A stretch of 59,164 nt of DNA, the filler included, from Sphacelaria rigidula (Eukaryota): NCBI GenBank assembly GCA_964200075.2. It is 4 parts of 4 records of this genome, joined end to end, with 100 filler letters (N's around TTAATTAATTAA, not from the genome) between each part and the next. Parts side by side here need not be neighbours in the genome. Positions count along the whole stretch, not along the records: positions 29,638 to 44,354 come from CAXNAA020002078.1; positions 44,455 to 59,164 come from CAXNAA020002079.1; 2 more parts are not named here. One strand, given 5' to 3'. Every line of letters begins with the position of its first letter. Position 1 is the first letter of the stretch. Both the position numbers and the translations under genes were made by a program. The notes below the pieces were generated by a model that had not been told where the DNA came from, made no database searches, and saw only the letters and a program-made list of their open reading frames with translations. This document shows positions 34,694 through 47,114 of the stretch, one piece after another.

Positions 34694-37600
34694 GACATAT
34701 GCCGCTTTTGTTGAGCCTGCTGCAAAATTTATAGAAACTCTTTCTGTAGATAAGTTGCACGCTTAGATCTGTTCTATTCAAGGTCGTCTTCTCCAGGAGG
34801 TGGTCACCGACCGTGTCTCATGTGCATCGTAATGGTGTTTCATGTATGGTGCAGTGCGCTGCTGGGTGCACAAGTGTTTGGGGGTTAATCTGCCGCCGCC
34901 CTTGGGCGACTCGCCAGTTGTGCGTGAGGATACATATTAACCAAGACCGGACGAATGCTTTGGCACATAATTCAAATCTGTCTCAAACTATGATACTCAA
35001 CTTGGCCTTTTTCAATCCGGTCCTGCGTAGCACTACCAACGCGCAGGGATCGACTCTATTCGGTGGTTGGTATTGATTGGGTTCTGACAACGACCGAACT
35101 ACCGGGAGTCGCTGGTATCACCAATGTGCTGAACTCTGGGGCAAAATGTCGGAAGGCGTTCCTCACCGCTCTCTCTTCGACAAGCTTCATACCGGACCAT
35201 CTGCACTGCACTGGACAGTCGATGTGAGACGCGACCACGTGACCTCCGAACAGTACATTGGTGCCGTTTCAGCAGTGTCACACTATTTCGATGCTGAGAG
35301 GTCACGGTGTCGCTGACGACGAAAGGGGTCGAAAGCTTGTGTGTTGTGTGCAGTATACCTTGCGCGACCATCACCTAAGCACGGTTCACGCGCCACTCTA
35401 GCGACAACGGCATGCACTCGTTTTCCCCCCAACATATTTCTCACCGGCGAGCAGCATTGATGTTTGCATGTATGACTACAAGTGAAGACATATCCTCATG
35501 CACGAAAACGACCTGAACGCGGCGCAATGACCACCCGCTCATTTTGGATACCACCTAACATATGATGCGCTTTTACACCGCATCCCATATCTCCCCACAC
35601 CCCGCACCCAGATGGTCTATCTCGATACACACAGCAGATGCAGAGATAAATCAAGCTACTATGTGTAGCCAAAGCATGTCTACCAACGGATCCAGGTTTT
35701 GGCGTCGCACACCCCGGCTGTAGATTAATACATTGAGGTGGAGTAAATGAAATAATTCACTACAACTATTGCCCTATCCCAGGAGTCGATCGGTGCGATC
35801 TTGGTCTTGAACGATGGCTAGTAGCTAATAGTATCTGCCTGTAGAGTTTCGGCTTGCAGACATTCGTATAGTGTCGGTAGTCTTCGTTCGCGTGTCCAAG
35901 GGGCATATTGGAAAATGACACTTTCCCTTGTACAAATAGTAATAACTTTTTTTGGGGTATACATCGCTGGTTTGTGCGTTGTACCTGGTGTAATGAAGTC
36001 AGACTTCGTTGAGGACATAACTTCAGCGATATGCTACAGCTTCGCATCAGCATCATTGTGGCTTAGTCCCATATTCAGTTGTTCGACTCCATCGCGTCTT
36101 CATTTTTGGGATGGTGGCGAAGAACGTGACACTAAACCGAGCGACATTCTTGTACAAATACAGGTTGGTCCCCTTGACAATGGTCTAAATATCATCCAGA
36201 GGGATCCTTTTGTGCGGGTCTTATTTTTGTCCCAATACGAATAGCGTCACCGCTCGTCACTCTCTCACCACATACTTGAATATTGTTCTGGTTGACGACG
36301 GGCATCTAGAGATATGGGATGGCCAGATATCTCTCTCCTGGGCTTTGCACGGTCCTGTCTGTCCAGATCTTGTCTGCGTGAGGTCTGCCATTTGCGGAAG
36401 CACAACTCCCCTTTTGTTATTTTCCACTTGAGCTTCCACCTGGTGAGCTATTCATGTTATTGTACCGAATCTTTTTGTTCTTTAATCAATGGACAAACAT
36501 CAACCAAGGTGACCACTTACTCCACTTACTTCCCCTACCGTCGGAATTTTCTTTGGATCTTCACGGGTCGCTGACCCGTTCATGTGCAGTTGACGATAGG
36601 AAAATATATTCGAGATCATACAACCTAGCTGGAGCATTAATACACACCCTTTGGGTGCCCTTCATACTCTTCGTTGCTGCGTGGAGTGGGCGTCCTATGC
36701 CACACAACACATAATCCTCATATCCGAGATACAGGTGGTGTGCTCACTGTGCATGTCACACAAGGAAGGTGCAGTGTGGTGGCCATCAACGAACGCACGG
36801 ATAAAGCCGGTCGGGTCACTCTTTCCCTTCTGGACTTCCGCTCGCCACCGATAATATCTTCTCTGACAACAACCGCGACTACGTTGAGATGAGGAGTAGG
36901 CTGTCCTCTTGGCCATCGTTGGCCAAAATCCTGAACAACAACGAGCAGCGCCACAACCGCGACAGCGTCAGTATTGCGGGGCGTAGTGGACATGAAGATA
37001 CGGGTAGTGGTGAAGGTGGCGTTGCGGCCTCTCCGTCAAAGAATGTATCTTCTCATCATCAGGTACGCAGGTAGTGTTTTCGTATTTTTTGGGCCAAGAT
37101 GAAAGATCTTCCTGGCTGCATGAATTCCAACACGTTCCAAACATGAGTCATGATTCCCCTGCGACTGTATTGTCTGTACTTGAACAAATAAATTTATGCC
37201 TGGCAGTATCCAGGCTGGGGTGCTGGTGGTGTGGTGGCACCTATTATGTCTCGTCGGGGAGAGTCATTCGCCGTAATCTAGTGATTGGTGTAAATATTTG
37301 TCGGCATAGCAGCCGTGAAAGTTGTCAGAATTGGCCCCGTTCTGAGACGACCAGGCAACACTCGATTTCTATTTTTGCATCAGGTTTTTATTACATAATC
37401 TTTTGTCCATCCCCATCTGTTGAATCGTTCATATCGTCTCGCCTGTGCGCAGGGGACTTCCCGTATGCGCTTCAACTTCCCAAGTATTTCACTCCAGAGG
37501 CCTCTTCACAATTAATTGCCCTCCTATTTGTAGTCTACCGAACTCCCGATTGAAAAATCAAATCGGTACTAGAATTTCAGTAGTGTACAACTATTCAACT

Positions 37601-40600
37601 TTTTGGCCTTCTTGTCGTTTTTTCAGGACGGTCACAATAGCCCTATACTTGTAGACAGTGATTTTTATTTTTGCTCATTTGTACCTTATATATATGTATA
37701 CGCGGACGAGGGGGGTACCGGTCCCGAAAGCATCATCAACAAAAACAAAAAAACACAGCAAGTTGCTCACAAGGATCAACTCTCGTTGACAACCGAGCGC
37801 AGGGAGGGGGTACCAATATTAAAAATACTAAGCAGCATACCTTCCCCGCGTAACCGTGGCTTTTCACGAGGAGAAACACGTGGCCTTGGCCAACGTCGTT
37901 GTGAACCACGCCCACCGATGTTGTGCGTATGGTTCGCTTCGGCAGAAGCAAAGGCAGCTCGAAAGCCCGGCGATTAGCAAGAAGCACCTTGACAGCAACA
38001 GCAGGAGCAACTCACAAGATTGCGACTCTCAAGGGAACATTATTGATGTCAGAAAGCGGACACCACCCTTATCGCCCAGCGTGGGGAAAGTAACAACGCC
38101 GCTTGGGGGGGAAGATTTAGGAAGGAGCTCGCCAAGTGTAGCGGACTTTGTGGTGATGTTGAGGCGGCCGGGCACTCCGTTGCTGAGGAGCGTTGTAGAC
38201 CTCAAGAAGGCTGTACATGCAGCGTCGCGGGCGTGGCTGCGGGACTTCAAAATTCGAGGGGGCAGGTCAGTGAGCGTTCCTACTGCAATAGTTCCCGGTG
38301 CATTGTACTGTGCAGGATTTGCCGTGACAGAAAATTGTCCTGTCTGTTGTTGTGGGTGACGCTCGGGATAGTAGAAACTGAGTGTCATGACAGATTTTGC
38401 ACGACGTGACGTTTCGTCGCCAAAATGTAGCAAGTCGCGTCAAATCTGTGTGGAACCAAGTTCCAATGATATGTCCCTGTACACGCTGTCTCTTGTCCAC
38501 CCGAGGCAAGTTTTCCCTGTGCCTGTTGTTGGGTGACAGGTGGACCCTCGCGTCCTGAGAGACTGGCGAAATATTATTTATTCGAAATTTGCACACCACT
38601 CCACTCTTCGTAGCTTTATTACACTTCAAATTACGTGTGTGCTTCGTACTAGGCAGCCGTACTGGACAGCTCCCATTTTGCACAATTTGTTTGCTGTCTT
38701 CAGTGTCTGTGTTGGTCGAGTATAATGTGAAGAAAAGAACAATTGCTGGCATTGGGAGTTGGTTGGCCTAGTTTGCAACATTTGTGTTTTAGGGGGCAGG
38801 TATAGTATACACGACCGACGACACAGTACAGATGCTTTCGAGTACGCGGGCTTGATTGGACAGGCACTTTTTTTCACTTACTGCGGGGTGGTTGTGATTT
38901 GCATATCATGGCACTCCAAGGAAGATGGTCAAACAACAACTAAACCCTCTGAAACGCAGAGCATCTGGCCCGATGCGCAACGACCCTTCCCATCAAGGCA
39001 ACGGTTACCTTTGCTGTGCATTGCCACCCCTATTTGGACACAACTGGTTTCATAGCGGCATGAGAGGTCAGCTGCAGTAAAGAGGCACCAGGAAGATGGA
39101 TTTCGATCTTGATTTTGTCGGACGAACTTCGACTAAAATCGCAGTAGGGTACGGTATTCATACGATTGATATATTGATCGTAAATACTAATTACTGTATC
39201 GTGTGTACAGTACAATTTGGTCTGCCCAAGTTTTGACCGGGTCCACCATATAGGCATCTCCTGATCCTCACGTTCTCACTTCTGTTCGTGCACTCCACTT
39301 CCCACACACCACTCTTTGAATTCCGTGTTTTTTGGAATTGTTTGTACAAAACAACTAAGGAGTAGTGGGTACTGCCTCCCCCCCTTCCCCCCTCTCCATC
39401 TCTCCCTCTCTCTGCGACGTTTCCATGTGTAAATATCATTCCGCCTTTCCGTGACTTTATGGGTGTGAACAGGCGCACAACACACTATTATACTGAAATG
39501 ACCAAATCATCCGCAAAATACTCGAGAAACAACGCAGCAAAGATGGTGTTACAGCTTGCCTCGGAGAAAGAAAATGACTGCAGCCCAAGTGCAGCCCCGC
39601 AGTAAGATACGCATCGTGCTTCGCGACGCCTCTACGTTTTACGCTGACACATGAGTGCAGGGCCACAAATATCTTCGATATTGATGCAAGGGTTAGGGTT
39701 AGCGGTCGAATCTCGCACTACTTCTCTGACGCGAGATCTTTTCATCCTCTTGGCAAATCCTGTGGGTATGACATGTTGTGGCACCGTATGAACCCGAGCC
39801 AATCCGCTTTTGTCGTTTATTTTTACTGGACATACACACCGCGCACCAAACGAGCGCCAGTCGTCCGAGAAGTTTTGCAAGCTTCGTGTTAATTTCTCGG
39901 CAGATGGGCGTCTGTGGAGATGTCGGAGTTGACGAGAGAGACTCAAGCCGTGAATACGACTCACCCAAAGAGTCTTGGCGCTGTTTACCGCGGAATATTC
40001 AGTAGTCAGTACAACTGTCAGGGAACATGTGCAATACTCCTACAGGCAGACAGGAGACATCGGCACCAACACAAGCCAACGTGCGTTGCGTTGCATTGGT
40101 GAGCGTGCGCTGGCAGAGTGCATCTGTCCAAGGGTATGACATATATTCCCTCTGTTGGCATCCGTTGTCCATACACGAGTCAGTCCAGAGTGTGAGCATG
40201 CGCAGCAGTGCTTGACGTTTCTGCTTCATATAGTCGTATCGTCGCTGACATGAATCATGCGTGATGTCGTGGTTACGTTTTGAACCGTGAAAGGACATGA
40301 ATATCTTGACTTGACTTTTCGACTCTATGATACAATACTGTTGTGCAGTATTCGGATACTACTGCGCAATTTCCACGAGACCCCCCTGTGGACAGGTCCA
40401 CCCGAACACAAAATCCGAAACGAGTACCCGACGAGGTACGTACTCAACAGTCAGTATAGTAGATAGTACACACAGTCCAGTCAGTACTCACAGCTCTCGC
40501 GCAATTTTCTGCTCAGACCTGTTCAGTGGTTGTGTGTTCAGTCTTTCCAGCACTATGGGTAGAAAACTTGCAACCGTTAAAGTTTGAACTACACAGCATA

Positions 40601-42433
40601 CCCCTCTCCTGTTCGTTCATCCTCACAGACACAGCCCCTCTTCAACCCCCGTGGAGAAGTACAGTAGTGCCCCACGACAAGTGCTGAAAACGCACTTTCC
40701 TTTGTTGGCTTTATTTTTTTCAGGTCATATGTTGCCGGCTTTTTCTCTGTAACAGTTGCTGCTGATATTCTACTGTTGTCCTCCAGTTAGCCAAAAAACA
40801 TCGAGCAGCACCCCCCCTCCCCCCCGCCCCCTCCCCCTCTCAACTATTACTCTTCTCTCTCTCTCTCCACTTCCATATTTGTATCTCCATTTTTCCCTTT
40901 CTCGAGCTACCTTCAGCGAGCTAGTATTGTTTGCTTTCGCTCTTTACGTGGGGTCCGTATGTCGATCTCGTGACCACCGCTAGATTCTCAAGGTACAAAA
41001 GAAACAGCGCCAGCATGATGTAACAGTACTACAGGTACTTTATTGTATAAGCATGGCATTTCCCCCACAGTGCGTCTCGCGCGTTTTCTGTCGCTGGTGT
41101 CGGACTTGGTTGATGAACCGCGGCACACTTTGCCGTTCGCCCAGTCTTGAAACATCACTACAGATATGGCGTGGCGCAGGTCATGGTGCCCCACTCCCGC
41201 CTCGGTGATGTTTCGCTCGCACGCCAGTGCAGCATCGCCGAGGTTATTTCCACACTCGACTTTTACCATATTCAAATCTACAATATCGAAAGAGTATGGC
41301 ACATTCAACATCCCGACAACGTCTTTCCAATGTTCTCACCTACATACAATATCAATCAGTGTTGTCAGTACTGCTCCTGTCGCAGAAAATTGATCTTGTA
41401 CAGAGACATCAGGGGGTACGATAACGACGTGCGTTGGAACCACCTGTGCGCTACCGTACAGACGACACAACGGCAGAGGCCGTATGTGCGGATAGTACAG
41501 ACAGTCGGAGTACCTGTAGTACCCCTGATGGCTGTTGAACTTTCAACGTAGAACAATGGATGGCCCTACTCATATAGCTCGAGTCGTGTTGTATATCATT
41601 AGCCATCCGAGTATTGAGGCTCCCGGGGGAGGGGGCGTCGCTCGAATGAACACCAACCCCGATTGGCCACGAAATTGCCGGTTGAATTATATCATCGAAC
41701 GGTATTGTTGCACGAGAGATCCGTGACCCGTGACGCAAACCACTACGTACGGCCGATTCGAGCAAAAACCCATGTGCGGTCGGCGAGCATTTGCATTTGT
41801 GATATTCAGGCCTTTACGGACTTGGGTCACCCCGAGTATCGTTTAACCATTGTATTTGAAGTTGTCGACGGGTTGGGGTAAACTTCAGCACCGTGGTAAG
41901 TATTCTGTTCTGTTCTTCTGCATGCTGCAGACCGTACCACACATTGCTGAACTGTCACTGTGCTGTTGTCTGTGGATATTGTCTTTCCCTTGCTCAAAAA
42001 AAAAATCAACCATCCAACCATCCATCCTCAAACAATCTTTAACTTATTTAATTAATTAATTAATTAATAATATTATTGCTGGGGGCACGAGCTATATGTT
42101 TATATATGCTGTACTGGATACTGTAAGATTATGATCCACAGCATCCCCGGTCTCACCAGAAATTGATCACCCTCTATCTGGAACAGCGAGAAATGTGGAT
42201 TCAATGAGCCTAAATACAGTAGTATTTGGATCTACACGCGCGTTACACATTCTACAGGACATGGCGAGGCAGTCCGGTCAGTAGTGCTTGTGGTCAGCCT
42301 GGCAACAAATGGCGTTTCGCAGGCGAAGCAAGGGATTCAGTCGTCTATCATTCGTCATCCATCCACCGACTTGGTAGTAGGACTTATTTTTCACCGACCT
42401 CAATACTACTGTACTGTGCTGCACTTTCTCGAA

Positions 42434-43117
42434 GGCCAAGTCTAATGGGAGCCGTTCAAAATTCCTGTCGAAAACTCCCTTTTGGGCCCTTCTCCGTCGA
42501 TTTACGCCCGGAAAGAGGATTAGGCGGATGTTGACGCCTTGGAATGACTTGCTCTACTCGTTGAGACCGTTCCAGGGCAACTTTGCATTTCCCGCTGGCC
42601 GCACTTTCATTTTTGGCTAAACCAGGTCAAACACGGATTTTCAGTGAAAAACGGTAAGGTCAGGTGATCAAAATTTCAAATTTCCCGTTGTTCTTAGTTA
42701 TTTTATCGTTTGACCGTTTTTTGTTGAACATCCGTGTTTGGCCAAAAATAGAAGTGCAACCAGGGGGAAATGCAAAGTTGCCCTGAAACGGTCTCCCGCC
42801 GTGTCTTATCAGATTCTTTTCGTGTAGAAAACGTGCGGTCGAATAGAATTCGCTTGTTTCTGATTCGTCCACACTACTAATTTTTTCATATGGTTGAGAT
42901 CATGAATGCCGTGGACGTATCAGGTACAAGCAAATTCGATCCCACCGTGCGTTTTCGAATCGAAAACTATTTGATAAGACACAGCCTCAACGAGTAGATC
43001 AAGTCATCCCAAGGCGTCAATATCCGCCTAACCGTCGTGTGAGGCGTGAAACGACGGAGAAGGGCCGAAAATCCAGTTTCAAACGAGAATTTTGAATGGC
43101 TCGCATTAGAGTCGGTC
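42434..43117. mobile_element. Harbinger/Tourist-like long-TIR MITE, copy 1 (carries nested insertion)
   Basis: ~180-bp TIRs homologous to 43145-43603, followed by TAA. Confidence 0.75.
42797..42986. mobile_element. 190-bp palindromic MITE nested in the right TIR of copy 1
   Basis: CGTGTCTTATCA..TGATAAGACACAG termini. Interrupts GGTCTC|AACGAG of the host TIR. Flanks TCC/TCA. Confidence 0.75.
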
Positions 43118-43144
43118 TAATAAAACTTGATTTTCGACAATTAA

Positions 43145-43603
43145 GGCCAACTCTGATGAGAGCCGTTCAAAATTTCTGTTCAAAACTGTCTTTTTGGCCC
43201 TTCTTCGTCGTTTTACGCCTGAAAAGAGGGCTAGGCGGATGTTGACGCCCTGGAACGGCTTGCTTTATTCAACGAGACCGTTCCAGGACAGCTTCGCATT
43301 TCCCGCTGGCCGCACTTTTATTTTTGGCCAACTCAGGCCATACACAGATTTTCAGTAAAGAACGGCCAGGTGAGGTGATCAGAATTTCGCGCTTCTTTTT
43401 CATCGCTCGACGGTGTTTGGACAAAAAAACAAAGTGCGGCCAGCGGGAAATGCGGAGCTGTCCTGGAACGGTCTCATTAAGTAAAGCAAGCCGTTCCAAG
43501 GCGTCAACGTCCGCCTAGCCCTCTTTTCAGGCGTAAAAGGGCGAAGAAGGGCCAAAGAGGCAGCTTTGAACAGAATTTTGAACGACTCCCATTAGCGTCG
43601 GTC
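43145..43603. mobile_element. Harbinger/Tourist-like long-TIR MITE, copy 2, 459 bp, TAA TSD
   Basis: ~185-bp inverted arms. TAA at 43142-43144 and 43604-43606. Confidence 0.85.
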
Positions 43604-44354
43604 TAACTAAATCAAAAGTCTGTTTCTCACAGAAAATACACGCACAAGTGCTTCATCGCTTCCGCCCTCCTGGAAAGCTCATGGCGAATATTTCAGCCCT
43701 CCATTCAACTCATACCAGTATAGTACACACAATTTTTTTTACAGTATGGACCCATCCATCACATTCCTTTCTCTACTCACGAGGATTCAAGTGAAGAACC
43801 TGGAGATGTGTGTTCGCCATCTATACAAAAAATGTACCGTATCCATGTACCGTGCCGCACCGTGTGGGGCGTTGAGGCGGCGAGCAAGGGGAAGTGCGTA
43901 CGTGGCACGGCACGGGTGCATGCGTGCGTGCGTGCGTGCGTTTACTAGAGCTGCACGGTTCGGTGTAATATGTGCCTGAGGTAGGACACTGTGTGTCGGG
44001 GCCGTTCCGCACACTCAAGGACCGCTATGGCTCCAGACGTGAGATATTCGTGCTGGATATATGATTCTAGACTGTCGTGGAGTAAAGAATCGTCGGGGTG
44101 ACCAGTGCGTACGAAATACACCGTGAAAAAGTGTAGGACGGTCACCACCACAAGACGAGCGGTTTGGATATTTATGGAGCCACCTCCGACACACTAGAGC
44201 AAGGGGCCCTACAGACTGGAAAATGGTTTATACCCCCCCCTCCCCCCCCCCCCCTCCCCCGGGGGGTGGTCGAGAATGAGGAAAATCGAAAAATGGCCTC
44301 CACAAACCCGTTTCTCCCTGTTTCTTCGCTAGAACGCGGAATTGAATGGTACCT

Positions 44355-44454
44355 NNNNNNNNNNNNNNNNNNNNNNNNNNNNNNNNNNNNNNNNNNNNTT
44401 AATTAATTAANNNNNNNNNNNNNNNNNNNNNNNNNNNNNNNNNNNNNNNNNNNN
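44355..44454. other. Artificial contig spacer (44 N + TTAATTAATTAA + 44 N)
   Basis: Same 100-bp structure. Confidence 0.98.
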
Positions 44455-46202
44455 TACGAAGATTTTAATCCTCCGGGTTCTCATCCTCAATGAAAATCTC
44501 CATCCTCAACATAGATGATCGGCTGTTTAAAAACCGACCGACCCCGCATCAGCTTTGAAATATTAAATATTAATTTGAGTGAATATAAAATAATAATAAT
44601 AATAATAAAGACAGCATTATTAGAGCTTCAGTATCCCAAACTCGAGATTCCCGGCATATTTCACAGTAAGTTACAGATAATTATACTGTATCAGGAACCC
44701 CGGGTTTGAGATACCTCTAATCAGCACATACAGCCGGTACGTGTTGTGAAACTTTCCCAAGTTTTTCGCGGATATCCTTCGTAGAGCTTGCATGAGGCGC
44801 TTCATGCAACCTGAACACAAACATCAGGCACTGTAGGACCATTTTTTTCGTGACACGTTTGGGCTGTTGTTCTGGGAGGGAAGCTATAGTAAAAAGTGTC
44901 AATAAAATAATAATCATATTTTGTTTTTTGGGTGAGAGTGGTTGAGGTTGGATTATATTTTTTCCGATTGGATTATCATTTTTTGGGAAAGGGGAATATA
45001 TGTCGTCAAAATTAATGATTACTGAACAACAACAATGCTCGGAGTTGTTGTCGGGCTGACAGAGGCTGACAGCCTTATGTGCTCCTTGCTTGCGCAGGAG
45101 GCCTTTTAGTCCATATCGACGCCGCAGGCGCCGATCTGACGTCTGCCAACCCACACCTTTGCTTAGAGCACCCTCGGTACACCCTTTACCCGAATTCTCG
45201 GTGTACCTTGGGTTGGAGTTGGGGTTTTAGAGTAGGTGTTATCTCAAAATCATAAATTTTCCGATAAAGTTCTTCAACCATGCGTAAGCACAACAGCTCT
45301 TTTGATCTGATTTCCGCGTGTGTTTCGTTTTTGTTCTCAAAATGTTCGATCTGAGGATGACGGATAGCGCGCGATCCATAAAATCTATCGAGGATTACTT
45401 AAACTACGCTCGTAGCGTTAGGATTAGGGTTAGGGTTTTAGGGCTAGGGTCACACATAGTACTTGTACACTTGGTTTAAGCCTGTCTTTTCTTGTTCATC
45501 GACCTTTCTTGGCTACGCTTATCGTGTGGTCGAGGCTGGATTCGTACCGGATGTGGCTACAGATCGTCCCAAGCAAGATGTGATACAAAGTACCCGCCGC
45601 CGTAAACCTCCCGTATTTCTGTCGCTCATCCATGGCAAATTGGCGAACCGGCCGAAGAGACGAAAGGTCCTACACAAAAACAGTTACATATGCATTTCCA
45701 GGCCTTTCCGCGTTGCACTATATTTAGCCTGGATCTTTCGGCGCGCATACAGGAGGGTGTAGTGTTGCCACACCATCCGACCTGTTGGCAGACATCAAGT
45801 AGAGACAAGGACATAAAAAATCATCTGCACCCGACAACCGTCTAATAATTTTACGGTCACGGACCACATCACTACCGGGTGTTGGGAGCGGCATCACTAT
45901 AGAAAAGGCGCGTCAGTTTAGCAAGCACCCACGCCTGAGTAAGGTGGTGGATTGGCGTGATTTTTTTCAGTAGTGGATGCCCATTCCTCCGAGGAACGGC
46001 CATCTCTTTTCTCGCGCCTCTGGCTAGTGCTCGGTAGGTAGACAGACAACAGCACAAGGAAACACACTCTGCCGTACAACAGCACAACGGCACAAGTAAT
46101 ACAGACAACAATACAGTAGTAGAGACAGTGCTACAGCTATTTTAACGAAGGACCATCTGTTCTGGGCTTGTTGGGGCATCGCTCTCGCGTCGTCTCAAAA
46201 AA

Positions 46203-47114
46203 ATGATTGAAGCGTTGGGGGAAGGTTCGATCGCCACGCCTGCTGCTGCTGGGCCCCGACGCACGTACGGCGCGCTCAGTAGTGCTGGCAGGCGCGGTGG
46301 GGCGGCGGCTGTGGGGCGCCGTGACTCCAAATCATCTTCATCTAATTCCCACTCATCATCCAGATCTACCTGCAAACGGCACAACGGGCGGATAATCACA
46401 ATCCTGGTAGGCTCCGCCACGGCTCTGGCCGGTGCTGCATACTGGTCCAAGTCTCGCCATGCGCCTCCAGCAACAACGGTAGGGATTACGGGAGTCGATG
46501 CTACGGAGGAGCAGCTCGTGTCTTCTCGACTGCCTCAGGGACCGGAAACCAGGATCAAGGATAGCTTGCCGCCGAACCTCAACAGCAAGCAACCTGTCGG
46601 GTCGCATTTAGCGGAGCCCAAGCGCAAATCGTTGATCTGGGACATTTTCGGCGACTTGCCCAACTGGGCGAGTCCCAGGGGTGCGGCACATCAACCTGAC
46701 CCCAGCGACGCTGAAGTGGACTCCCGACAGGAGCTCGACTTTACCGTGACAAACTTCTACTTCGAAAGGGACGGTCCACCCGGGGCGAGAATCCCTTGGC
46801 TCCAGGGCGTGAAGCTTGCCGAACCCTTCCGAGACACCGCGTTGAAAGTGGTCAATCCGCGCCCGGGCCATGTTTACAACTGGCAAATTCGGAGTATTGA
46901 TCATGGGTCGCCTGAGGAGTTGTTGATGGAGACGACCGGTATGGAAGCAGAGGTTGTGTTTACTAGATTAGATCGTAACGTCATCACCTTGATGGAGGTA
47001 GACTCGGAGACCGGTCATGATGTGCGCGAGAAAACAGATACGGTGATGGTCAAGTACGTGAGGAGGGAGATTCGGACGCTGACAGACCACGAGCGGGAAG
47101 AGTTGCTTGATGCG
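46203..47114 (+). CDS. First exon (304 codons) of a membrane-anchored tyrosinase-like (type-3 copper) protein
   Basis: Open from ATG 46203. TM segment IITILVGSATALAGAAYW, beta-rich linker (HVYNWQI, EAEVVFT), ending VKYVRREIRTLTDHEREELLDA, the typical start of a tyrosinase domain. Strong donor GCG|GTGAGT at 47115. Copper-binding exons were not found. Confidence 0.72.

Noticed and set aside
35760..37560. Possible degenerate LTR-retrotransposon pol (HLG..T and TGP-like bits on the minus strand)
   Set aside because: Motifs too degraded, and no LTRs or clear RT/integrase signature could be verified.
42045..42066. Natural (TTAA)n run resembling the linker
   Set aside because: No Ns, so this is a simple microsatellite.
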